Shown here one piece after another: positions 15,401-25,735 of a stretch of 64,000 bases of DNA. Both the position numbers and the translations under genes were made by a program. This stretch comes from Hormiphora californensis (taxonomy: Eukaryota > Animalia > Ctenophora): assembly GCA_020137815.1 (NCBI GenBank), contig CM035354.1, positions 3,844,001 through 3,908,000 on the forward strand, given 5' to 3'. Under the pieces are notes generated by a model. The model had not been told where the DNA came from. It saw only the letters and a list, made by a program, of their open reading frames with translations, and did not search any database. Every line of letters starts with the position of its first letter. Position 1 is the first letter of the stretch.

Positions 15401-18400
15401 ATGAAGGGCGATGAACGCATCGTTTGCACCTTTACAATGTGATCGTCTAGAAGCATTTGGATGTCCTCAACAGATGACAGGATGGAGACACCTGAGGGAA
15501 ACCGGGTTAAACTTTGGAGCACTGTTTTTGTAACGATTGGCGCTGTTTCGTAAAATTTTGGTTACAATTGGTGTTTTTAGACTGCTTCAAGAAGTAATTT
15601 TGGGAGCTACCTCACCTGTATCTCGGTAGGGTATAAATACAAACTGAACATCGCTCCATTCTCCCTTCATTTTCTGCATCGCCTTCTCCAGGGCATACTC
15701 CTTACTAGCTACACCCGATATCTCCTCCAGCTGCTCAAGGTTCTTCTCCAACCCATATCCCAGCATCTCAGCCAGGGGAGTTTCCTCAGTTGGGGTGATA
15801 TCATAGCCCACTGCCTCGCACATCTGCTCCCAGTGCCGGGGTCTCAAACCAGGGTTGCAGAGTGTAGCCAAGAGGGGCAGGTGAACCTTGAATTTCTCAA
15901 GACGATTCTTCACCGTAGTTGCGACCCTCATGGGCCCGGGTAGGTCACCAAAAGACCGGACAAGTTTGTACATTACCCTCCAGAGGTTTCCAACCTCCTC
16001 GGCCACTTCCTCCGCGTTCAGGCCCAAAATGGGACCCTTCGTCCAGGAGTCGTATTTGTCCTGGAACCGTACTGCGGTAGTCCACAGCTTGTCAAAGGGT
16101 TCTTTCATTTGTACGGATGCTGCGATTTGTGGGTATTGCGTTGGTTCTGGTATCTCGAGTAGTTCCTGAGGGGAGAGATATTCAGTATTTGAGTAAGTAC
16201 TATCACGGAATGTATTCAAGATGAATTCCAAATGAACTAGTTGCACATCCACAACCACGAACTGGTATTCAAGATTGCGTTACCTCTTCTCGGTTGATGG
16301 TGTCCCTTTCCGTGGCATACGCTGCCAGTCTATCACCTAACTCCTGAAGTTGCTCGCAATACGTGTTAGCCTCTGTCAACCTGTCTTTGGTCTTGAATGC
16401 ATCCGTGTCTTCCACTGCCTTATTCACCCTCTCAAGGAATTCCTTCTTCCATCCAGAGAGGTTATCTGTTGCCTGAAATAGTTGGGAAGTGAAAGAGCGA
16501 AACCGCAGTTAGGGGCGATTCAAAAAGGACGTCCGTGATTTTTGGTCATTTTTTACCCCCCCCCTTCCTCCCCCTGTCCAGGCCTGTCCGAATCTACCAG
16601 ACCCCCTCCCTCCCCCTTGTCCGAGTTTCGTCCACATATATATCTAGTAAAATCAATAAACTTTTTCTTCAAAACCTGGAACAGTCCGAATTGCGTCAAC
16701 CCCCCCCCCCCTATCCAGAGATGTCCGAAATTGGCTACCTCCCCCTCCCCCTCCCCCTGGACGTCCTTGTTGAATCGCCCCTAATTAGTATACCCGAATC
16801 CGATATACCCGTGATCAGGTCGCATGCCACATACCGAAGTGATTGGTCTGCTAATAGGGTTACTATACTAAGTGGGCTTATGTAGCAAATTGGTTTGAAA
16901 TTAGACCCGGTGTTATTGATCCCTGTGTAATACTGGACAACAACTTCTCAAATCACACACGGGACCTTTTTAAACCACAGCCTCGCCTTCTAAAATCATC
17001 AGTTACTTGTATCATATCTTCTTTGACATCCAAGGTGCCTTCGACAACGTGGACCCAGTAATACAGTGCCTCAAACTTCACAACTGTCCTCCTCCTGTCC
17101 TCGAACTTCTGGACTACTATCTACATCATTGGAACAACATCGCCTGACGACTGGACTACAACCAGATTCGACCTGGACGGCGTTCCCCAAGGAGATACTC
17201 TAGCACCGGATGAATGGGACGTCACCACTACAGAAATCCTTCACATCGTTAACACCAAAGAATACCTTCAAGCAGACTGTGACGACTTTCTCGGGCTAAC
17301 ATGTGGCCACGATCTCCTCAACCTGATCCCGCGAGCACAATGGATCCTCGACTGTATCATAGAGTGGTGTACTAAGATGGGCCTATCAGTCAGTCCGGTC
17401 AAAATAAAAGCCATCATCTTTACTCATCGAATCCCCGATCCCTCCTCTCCTCATCAACGGGTCTCCAGTTCCCGTTGTTTGGAAATGTATTGCAGTAATC
17501 AGGTTCGATCCATCATTGGCAGTGCCCGGCCAGACTGATAACCACCGGGGACCTTATGCAGTGATAAGATAACCGGAGCATATACACCAAGAGGACATCG
17601 TCGGTGTGAAAGTTGCAGGCCTAAAATCCTCCGTCAGATCAGCAGCACTAACTTGCAACGAACCAACACTGAATGTCGTCCTCAGTGTGACCAACACAGC
17701 AGATGACGAAACTATCTACAAATGTCCAGCGGAGGCGAACCTGAAAAGGACTGTCAGACGAGTGAGGAAGGGAGCTATGAAAAACCCAGCAACTCCTGAT
17801 ACCCCGACATTTTATATCCCGGAGGAAAGCAGTTCTTTCAGGTCTACATAGAAAATCCCGTTGTTTGGAAATGTATTGCTAAACTCTACTCTAGCATCAA
17901 GTTGAACTGGAGGATAGAGCATGGAGATACTTTTCGTCCGACAACACCTTGCCAAGGAGTATGCCGACGTGATAACTACGTGGAAGTATAATTGGACACA
18001 CGGGTAAAGTTCATCTGATACAGGAGCCGCCAATGGTGAAAGACAAGGATCTGACTCAATACCTACCCAATTTCCCTCTTCATAGGGCCGTCTGAGTTTC
18101 CAGTTTTAGGGCATTGTTTGAAAAATTGGATGGTCCGAAACAAGGGCCAGATGACTATCCTGGGCCTATTGGACAGCTCATCCATAACAAAGCAGAAACA
18201 GATATTTGGGGAGTTCCACCGCGTCCTGACTGGGAGGCACTCCCATTTGATTTCCCGCTGCTCCCATTTGATTTCCCGCTGGTTGGCATGAACAAAGATG
18301 CACAATATATGTACCGTCTTTGTCATTATGCTACAAAAGGTAGGTTTTTCCGTTCAATTCAGAACTGCAGTTTCATTTCTGTGTTTCTAATAATGACTAC

Positions 18401-21400
18401 AATTCAATCAATTAATCCCAATTTTCCTCTTCATAGGGCCATCAGAGTTTCCTGAAAAACTGGGAAAACAGGTTATCGGGGACCTACATGGTGCTAGGTG
18501 GATAAACCTGGGGGCAAGAGTCATCCGTCTGTACATTACACTTCGCCCATCAGACGCCATCTACCCAACAGTGAGACAGTTGACTGATATAATTGTAGGA
18601 ATACATTTCAAGGTAAAAAAGTTCTTTCAGGTCGATGATGCCTACATACTGAAAATCCAGCTGTTTGGAAATGTATTGCATACTCGACATATCACTGGAT
18701 GTGGTACACCACGAATAACTCCAGAGGAGATTGAAGATGCTCAATCTATTTTGGACCTGGATATGAGCTTGGTGACACTATCCCGTGGACCTCAGGAAAA
18801 TCCCGTTGTTTGGAAATGTATTGCTAAACTAAAGAATTTTGAAAGACATTGGATTAATCCTGGCTCGTATCCTCTCGATCTGTGGAACTCTGAGGGGTCA
18901 AACAACGCTCTAGGATCTCTTTTTGGAGCAAAGAAACCTATCATTTGGATCAGGACAATGAAGATCCACCAGGAGAAGACAGAGCTAGTGCTGGCACAAA
19001 GTCTTGTCGGTCGAACAAATGTTTCCAGAAAAAAAGAAGAAATACGTTTCCAGAAAAAAAGAAGAAATACGTTGATGAAATTAGACCCGAGTAAGCTTCT
19101 CCCAGCTTTAAAGCAACTACACACTGTACCAAATGTTGCCAAGGTGTGGGAGGCCTTTTCCTTTTAAGCTCGATATCTCTGTAAAAACTGCCTAAGAACT
19201 TCTAAGTCCCTAGCAACTCCCTTGCAACTCCCTAGCAACACCCTGTCAACTCCCTAGCAACATCCTATCAACTCCCTAACAAAACCCTAACAACTATCTA
19301 TCAACTCCCTATCAGATCCCTGCCAACTCCCTAGCAACTCCCTAGCAACACCTTGTCAACCCCTATCAACTCCCTGTCAACTCCCTGTCAACACCCTAAC
19401 AACACCCTAACATTTACCTGCTCATTCTTCTTCCTCAGCCTCATCTCACTGTAACTGATGATGGGGAGGATCCTATCTGGCCAGGAGAAAGTCGTATCAT
19501 TCAGTTTGATATCCTCTTCAGGGAGGGTCGCGTAGTCCAGCAGGAATATGAGATTCTCCGCAGCTGGCACAGCTTGGTTCTGAGGGTGCATTAATTTAAA
19601 CTGGGTCTACTGAATGTATTCAGTTGAAGATCTAGTGATATATTCTCTCCGTTCCCACTGCCCATTGCCGTCTTAAGGGTACGCTAACCAAAATTTTTTT
19701 TCGAGTGCAGGGAAATCTCTCACCGCAGAGTTGTAGGCCATGCCAAGGAGACCTCAAATATGCAATTTTAGCCCTCAAGTCGAATTCATATTTTTGCTAC
19801 AGCCGTTTTAAAATCGTCTTGAAAATTTCTGAAAAGACGTTTTTGACACCCTAAAAATACATTTTCAGGGCTAGAAGCTTAAAATTATGGGGATTTGAAG
19901 GGGATAGGAAGGTTTATCGACACAAAAATTTTTATTAAAATCGGTGATGATTTTCGGTCGTGAGATTGATTTACTTTTTTCCCTCTTAAAGGCCCTATTT
20001 AGCAAAGTTCCGAAAGTTTGTGAAGGCTGTAAATTGGTGAAAAGTTGCGTCTAACGATTATCTAAGTGGCCACAAATTTTTGGCGTGTCCTTATTTGAGA
20101 CAAGTTCTACAGAGCTTTTTTTGTGAAAGCCGTTTTTTTTAGAAATAAAGAAATAGCCTGTATCTCAAAAACGACTAATTTTAGAGACCTGAGACCAAGC
20201 TTAAACGATTCAGAAGGTCCGATTTTGGGGGGGTCTTCTGAGAGACATTTTTCTCCTACTTCAACGGTTTTCGCTGTAATTGCGAAAAAGGATTTTGCAA
20301 GAAGGTGGAAAAGCAGCACGAAGCAGGCTGTCGGAACTCCTCTTTTGCCCTCTTCAAAGGATTTGTTTTTCGCAATTACAGCGAAAACCGTTGAAGTAGG
20401 AGAAAAATGTCTCTCAGAAGACCCCCCCAAAATCGGACCTTCTGAATCGTTTAAGCTTGGTCTCAGGTCTCTAAAATTAGTCGTTTTTGAGATACAGGCT
20501 GTTTCTTTATTTCTAAAAAAACGGCTTTCACAAAAAAAGCTCTGTAGAACTTGTCTCAAATAAGGACACGCCAAAAATTTGTGGCCACTTAGATAATCGT
20601 TAGACGCAACTTTTCACCAATTTACAGCCTTCACAAACTTTCGGAACTTTGCTAAATAGGGCCTTTAAGAGGGAAAAAAGTAAATCAATCTCACGACCGA
20701 AAATCATCACCGATTTTAATAAAAATTTTTGTGTCGATAAACCTTCCTATCCCCTTCAAATCCCCATAATTTTAAGCTTCTAGCCCTGAAAATGTATTTT
20801 TAGGGTGTCAAAAACGTCTTTTCAGAAATTTTCAAGACGATTTTAAAACGGCTGTAGCAAAAATATGAATTCGACTTGAGGGCTAAAATTGCATATTTGA
20901 GGTCTCCTTGGCATGGCCTACAACCCTGCGGTGAGAGATTTCCCTGCACTCGAAAAAAATTTTTGGTTAGCGTACCCTTAATATCAAATTAGAGACGAAA
21001 AACGTTTTTTGATTACCCAGATATTATTTCTCTCAAATTCCCATACTGTCTCCTATTTCCTACCTTCAAATCCTGAAGCTCCTTCGTTTCCAGCTTATCA
21101 AGGAACTTCATCAGCGTCACCAAATCATCAGTATTATCGGGGATAGTGGTGATCTTTGTCACTATCGCATCGTACTGCTCACAAATGCTCTTGTTGGTGG
21201 CCCGGGATCGGAACACAATATCCCGGAGGATCATGTTGGATAGCATGTTGCTTCGATCACACAGGAACCGGTTCATCTTGTTACAGTTTAGTTCGAACAG
21301 GTGCATGGGAACAATCACTATCCTCTCCATGACCTCGTCTGTGAGCATTTTGTGCTTTTCTATCGCCTGGTGATTGGGGGAGGGGGTCCCGGGTCAGCTC

Positions 21401-23949
21401 ATTAGAGTCGAGAAGATTTTGCCCAACCCCGGACTCATGTACCAAGACATGTGCCCTCGATACATACCTTCTGGTACTCGAGAAGATCATGTTCACCACG
21501 AAGGAACTGATCGGTACTGTTCTCCGCTTCCTGGGTTAGGAGGTGCTGGTACTGCTTGTAGACACTTCGGTAACTCATTGGACCGGGGGTGTTTGCCTCC
21601 ACGATCGCTTCCACCCTCTTTACTATCTCCAACACACAATCATCTTGGGTGCCCGTGGAGCTGAGGAACCTGGAGAGAAAAGAGAGAGTGGTTAGAGGAC
21701 CTCAGGAACCTGGAGAGAAAAGAGAGAGTGGTTAGTATGAAGTTAAGCAGTACATGAGTATTGGGCAGGCCGCAGAAGAGAGGTTATTGGAGCTTCGGGT
21801 AACAATTGGGTCGTAGTCTAGGTTAGATTTGGTACACATCAAATGACTAATTAGCATCAATTAATACTCACTCCTCGGAATCTTTGTCCATGAACAGTTT
21901 GCTCTCTACCCTGGGTATCTTCTCTACACTCATTACAATGATAGCTAGACAATTCACCAGGGCCCCGGCAACATCCGGGAAGCTCGGCTCAAACTGAACG
22001 GTTGCTGAACCTTGATTGGGCTCCTGAAAGGGGTTGAAAGAAATGGTTGGACTTGTGTTTAACAAGGGGGTCGGGGGAGATAACAAACAATTTAGGGGAT
22101 CGCTGTAACCACATTCATAATTCAAATTAAATTTTAAATTTTACAAGATGGGAGCTACACTCACCAATCCAATTACGATGGCATTCTTCACTGTCGGTAG
22201 ACCCCTCACATACTCTCCGGTATAATTGTTTCCGTTATTGTACACTTCCAGCATGTCTATAAACTCGGTCAGGGCTTTCTGAACCGCACCTCGCAGCTGG
22301 TTAGACATGACCGTTGCTATGGCATCGAAAAAGCGCTCCATAGCAACCCTTCTACCGTTCTGAGGGAATAAGATGGTGATGGTGTTTCATTCTTAGAGGT
22401 ACGAAATCATCTCACTTCATCATTTTATCATCTTAATCTTAATTATAATTAGTTAATTATTACCTCATCAATTGGCACGATTGCCTCAATGGCGCTCTGT
22501 CGTTCCTTGATCATGTTGACACACTCCATCACCCATTCACCCTCAAGAAGCCTGGCTCCGGCCTTGCTCTGCTCCGCTATCATACCCTGGATCTCATCTA
22601 ACGATGGGTGAAATTAATCAATACGTTAATTACCATAATAGTTACTAAAATAACCAAGCTGTTATGATTAGGAGAGTTAGTTTAACATACCAATGGTAAG
22701 AGGAAGTGCAGCACGAATCTCATCGACCTGGATCAGGTTGAAATCTCCCATCCTGCAGCTCCAATACTCCAGCAAATCCAACATGACAGGGTGGGTTGTA
22801 TAGAGGTGTCGATCCAGGTACACCCTGGCACCCTCTACAGCGTTGTGCCAGGGGAAGTGCTCCCGACCTGCGCTCTGGAGGAACTGCTCAGGGAGGGTGA
22901 CACCCAGCCGGGCTTGTTCGTTGGTATCCAGGAGAATGTAGTCGAGGATGGCCTGTTTCAGACTCTCCACATAACCCTCGTTCATCTCATGATTTAGCTT
23001 CCTCACCGTCTGTTGTAAAATATAAAGTTAGATGGCCGTGAATCGTGATAGATAGATTCCAAGCAAAACAGAGGAAATAGAGTAAGAGATTAGAAACTAC
23101 CGGCAATGTCATGGCAATTTCAAACTATTACTTACATCAGGGTAATTGATAAGTAGATCCTCAGGAAGCATCGTGTAGGCATTCTGGACCCATTCCCTAG
23201 CCAGGGGCGCCACCATCTCCTTAGGTAGACCTATCTCAATCAGATGATAGTACCTCTCCAAACACGGCTCAATAGGACTTGCAGCCCGGGGAAGGCCAAA
23301 TGTGGGGGTTGTGAAGGGTGGAAACTCAACTGCAAGGGACTCCAAAGTTTCTTTATCATGAACTCTATGGTCGGCTTCCTCCCCTTCACCCTTGGATTTG
23401 TAGAAACGGGCACCTGCTGTCTTGCTCCGGGAGATCTTTTGTCTCTTCCGGGGAGACGATGGAGCCCGTTCTGGTACGTATGGCTGCTTTAGGTTGTGAA
23501 TACGGAGACCCTTGGACGATGGTGTGTAGTTGTTTCCAATTCGGTTACTGAAACGGGGATAAATGGATGTGTATACCTACTCCTACAAAGTATGAGCCAC
23601 CATCAAGAGTCAACAATGCACACATTTAGCTACCTGGTTCCTCGGGAATGCTTCCCCTCCTTAAAGGGGGCTGCCTGGGTCCAGGAACTTGCATGTAGTA
23701 TGTTGGGTAAAAACCTCTTCGACTGAGAAGGCTAGGAGGGTCAGTTTAATACGAGTACGAGTATAAAACACATGCGGATTAAAAAAAAGGAAACTTCTAG
23801 GCTACAACGACAAAGGTTTTGGTGTAACTGACCTCATCATTATCAAGTGGGGGTAGTTTCTGAAGGTCTTCTGGCTTAACAAGATCGTTAAATTGGTAGT
23901 CATCCTGTCCGCCACGGTATAACCAAGGTGGCATCGCCCGTAACGACAT
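1..23949 (-). CDS. DNAH3: Axonemal inner-arm dynein heavy chain, DNAH3-like; multi-exon, 5' two-thirds only (continues off the left edge)
   Basis: AAA1 [37 protein letters not shown] (13183-13412); AAA2 GATMAGKT; AAA3 [58 protein letters not shown], which matches DNAH3 best from memory; AAA4 GVGGSGRQS; stalk (3400-5015); AAA5 start [22 protein letters not shown] joins keep frame, e.g. 2593^14 gives ..IFR|QGGV. Probable ATG at 23949 ([11 protein letters not shown]). Confidence 0.93.
84..2468. mobile_element. Non-autonomous TIR DNA transposon (outer copy, about 1.19 kb, interrupted by an inverted copy of itself)
   Basis: TIR GGGGGGGTTCCAACCTATTT..AAATAGGTTGGAACCCCCCC; 8-bp TSD CACTAGAT at 76-83 and 2469-2476; lies in dynein intron 15-2592. 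Confidence 0.9.
274..1461. mobile_element. Inner copy of the same TIR element, inserted in the opposite orientation
   Basis: Same TIRs; 8-bp TSD TGTACCAT at 266-273 and 1462-1469; internal ~21-22-bp tandem array (aatcgcaatttc..cgagaaaa) at about 780-1100, mirrored at about 1640-1960. Confidence 0.9.
5920..6182. repeat. (GA)n/(CT)n microsatellite (further long CT/GA tracts at about 9420-9510, 29240-29330, 40450-40540, 41545-41625)
   Basis: Dinucleotide runs seen directly; they explain the RERE/SLSL ORFs. Confidence 0.95.
6664..7390 (+). CDS. Nested intronic gene: secreted F5/8 type C / fucolectin-like (galactose-binding fold) protein; exons 6664-6905, 6972-7246, 7365-7390
   Basis: Hydrophobic N-terminus [13 protein letters not shown]; motifs [39 protein letters not shown]; 66-nt GT-AG intron 6906-6971; last exon DMIAPKTP*; AATAAA at 7485; antisense within dynein intron of about 5652-7526. 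Confidence 0.75.
16512..16781. mobile_element. MITE with ~24-bp TIRs, TA-flanked
   Basis: GGGGCGATTCAAAAAGGACGTCC ... GGACGTCCTTGTTGAATCGCCCC, with TA on both sides. Confidence 0.8.
17012..17478 (+). pseudogene. Degenerate non-LTR reverse transcriptase fragment
   Basis: Broken frames give [28 protein letters not shown] (Y/FADD equivalent), [22 protein letters not shown]. Confidence 0.75.
17480..17950 (+). pseudogene. MULE/FLYWCH transposase fragment (N-terminal to start of catalytic core)
   Basis: [16 protein letters not shown] (FLYWCH-like), [26 protein letters not shown], then KIPLFG..LASS..W..GDTF..P; contains stops and frameshifts. Confidence 0.65.
17950..18640 (+). pseudogene. hATm-like transposase fragments, out of order, with a retained intron (about 18340-18436)
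   Basis: [14 protein letters not shown] (C-terminal piece) precedes [25 protein letters not shown] and [20 protein letters not shown]; family assignment is from memory of motifs. Confidence 0.55.
18830..19167 (+). pseudogene. MULE transposase C-terminal fragment
   Basis: NFERHWI..YPLDLWN..EG.NN.L..G.KKPIIW..EKTE..LAQ..G resembles the YFE.TW..P..WN..EG.HN..HP.IW pattern. Confidence 0.65.
19205..19412. repeat. 11-bp minisatellite (CAACTCCCTAG variants) at the 5' end of a dynein intron
   Basis: About 18 degenerate tandem units. Confidence 0.85.
19677..20977. mobile_element. 1.3-kb palindromic (foldback) non-autonomous transposon, Kolobok-like
   Basis: About 610-bp near-perfect arms around an ~80-bp spacer; TTAA TSD at 19673-19676 and 20978-20981; termini GGGTACGC..GCGTACCC (purine start, not piggyBac CCC). 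Confidence 0.85.
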
Positions 23950-23961
23950 GGTTCATACCTC

Positions 23962-24632
23962 TAAAACAGCGATAATTTCGACGGGTATTGGATGGCTCTT
24001 TTGAAGCAAAATTAAGTCAACACTAAAGCTCTTTCCAGCCTTTAAAACGCTAAAACGACTGAAACTCGAAAGAAAAAAGACAAAAAACTAAAAAGACTAA
24101 AAAGAAGAAGATTGAGATCTGGCCTGGATTTGCAAATATTTGATTAGCGCGAGCGCGCGGGAGGGCTGCAGCGCTTTCGCTTGGCTTGCGCTGCCATGCC
24201 GGCTCCGGGTGCGCGTGTTGGGGTTGAGTTATCGTTTTTTTAAAAACTCCGTCCCCAAAATCTTTCCATTTTTCAGTTGTTGTGTTTGACTTTTGAGCAT
24301 GCACTGTACCGCATTGGTTGCAGCCCCTAGGTGCTTGCGTTTTTGACGACCTGGTACGGGGGACTGCAGCGTAGGCCAATGCCTTGTCGGGGTGTGTTTT
24401 CGACAAAAATCTCCGAAATTAACGCCACTAGTGGTGCCTAGTAAAGATTTGTCCTCTCCCCGTGTGGACACCAATCACAGCACAGATGACAGAACTTGTG
24501 TCTAGCACGTAGCAAGCGATAAAACGTGCAAATAAATACATGGGGCCTTCAGAATGTCCATTGCAGAGCCGAGGGCCGTTTAAAATTGAATTTGAAACTG
24601 CATGCCATCGAATTAACAACTTACACCTTTGC
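23962..24632. promoter_or_regulatory. Probable bidirectional promoter between head-to-head DNAH3 and HACD
   Basis: About 690 bp between divergent ATGs; CpG-rich core at about 24145-24230; CCAAT motifs on both strands. Confidence 0.5.
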
Positions 24633-24636
24633 AGCC

Positions 24637-25447
24637 ATGTTGTCTAAGGTTTACCTACTCTTGTACAACTGTTGCCTCGCCTGCGGATGGAGCATTGTCC
24701 TTTACCAGGCAATCCTGGAGCTGGCGACCGCCCAAAATCCAACCTACGTCTATGAAAGATGCCAAGTAGCCCTCAAAATCTCCCAAACTCTAGCCCTACT
24801 TGAGATTTTCCATGCGGTTGTCGGTCTTGTGCGATCTTCCCCCTTTACTACGTTCGTCCAGGTATGTAAGATTTATGTACAGGGTTTAAAATCTGCAGAG
24901 TATAATGATTATTTGTGTAATTATGGTTCCCATTGGTGTAGATATTGTTTGGTTTTGCTGATTTTCCCATTTGTTACAATTATAAACCCCCTTCTTCTGC
25001 CTCTCAGGTCCAGTCACGTCTAGTTGTCCTATGGCTCGTCCTTGACCCAGTCTCTGAGGTACATGGTTACAGTAATGTGCCTATGATGATCATAGCGTGG
25101 TGTGTGGCTGAGATAGTTCGATACTGGTACTATGCCCTGTCCCTGGTGGACAAGGTACCATACTTCCTAACCTGGTGCCGGTACTCCTTCTTCACCTTCC
25201 TATATCCCATTGGAGTGTCGGGTGAGCTCCTGACTATCTTAGTATCCTACCCATGGTTACTGCTACCGGAATGTTCTCTTTGGCCCTCCCCAACAAGTGG
25301 AATTTCTCATTCAACTATCCTATCTTCCTGATGATCTATATGATGGGATATGTTCCGTACCTGCCCAAGCTTTATATGCATATGTTGAAGCAACGATCTA
25401 AGATGTTGGGTAAAGCTGCTGTGGAAGGAGAGAAGAAATCCAACTAA
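24637..25447 (+). CDS. HACD: Very-long-chain 3-hydroxyacyl-CoA dehydratase (HACD1/2, PTPLA family); exons 24637-24861 and 25008-25447; 1-nt frameshift at about 25247
   Basis: YLLLYN..GW, QTLALLEIFHAVVGLVRS..QVQSRL, IAW..AEIVRY.YY, WCRYSFFTFLYPIGVSGE, LPN.WNFSF.Y, YMHMLKQRSK, C-terminal KKSN (KKxx ER signal). Confidence 0.9.
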
Positions 25448-25735
25448 TAGTTAAATTAGTAGATTGTGTTGATTGTATTGTACAATGTATAATTGTACAT
25501 GAAGAAGCTATTAGAAGTGTGGATTATTGACGTGTGTGTGTCATAGTAATTATTCCCTAGACACAATTATTATGCAACGTTATTTGGTGTGCCTTTTGTT
25601 TGATACTTATCTTTTTGTTTCGGGTGAATTATAAAAACGATTTTTTAGTTCTTCCCTCCTTCCTTCCATGGCGATTATACCATCTCCCCGTCATCCACCA
25701 TGTACCTGTTATTGTAGTATGGCCATGGGAGTCAC

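Noticed and set aside
17470-18830. CRISPR-like array (35-bp repeats with TE-derived spacers)
   Set aside because: Only four copies, spacing is very irregular (about 110-770 bp), the repeat is itself MULE coding sequence, and there are no cas genes. Reported instead as a mosaic.
20107-20574. Paired 146/155-aa ORFs on both strands (also the mirrored ORFs in 11-2508)
   Set aside because: By-products of palindromic elements; no transposase motifs.
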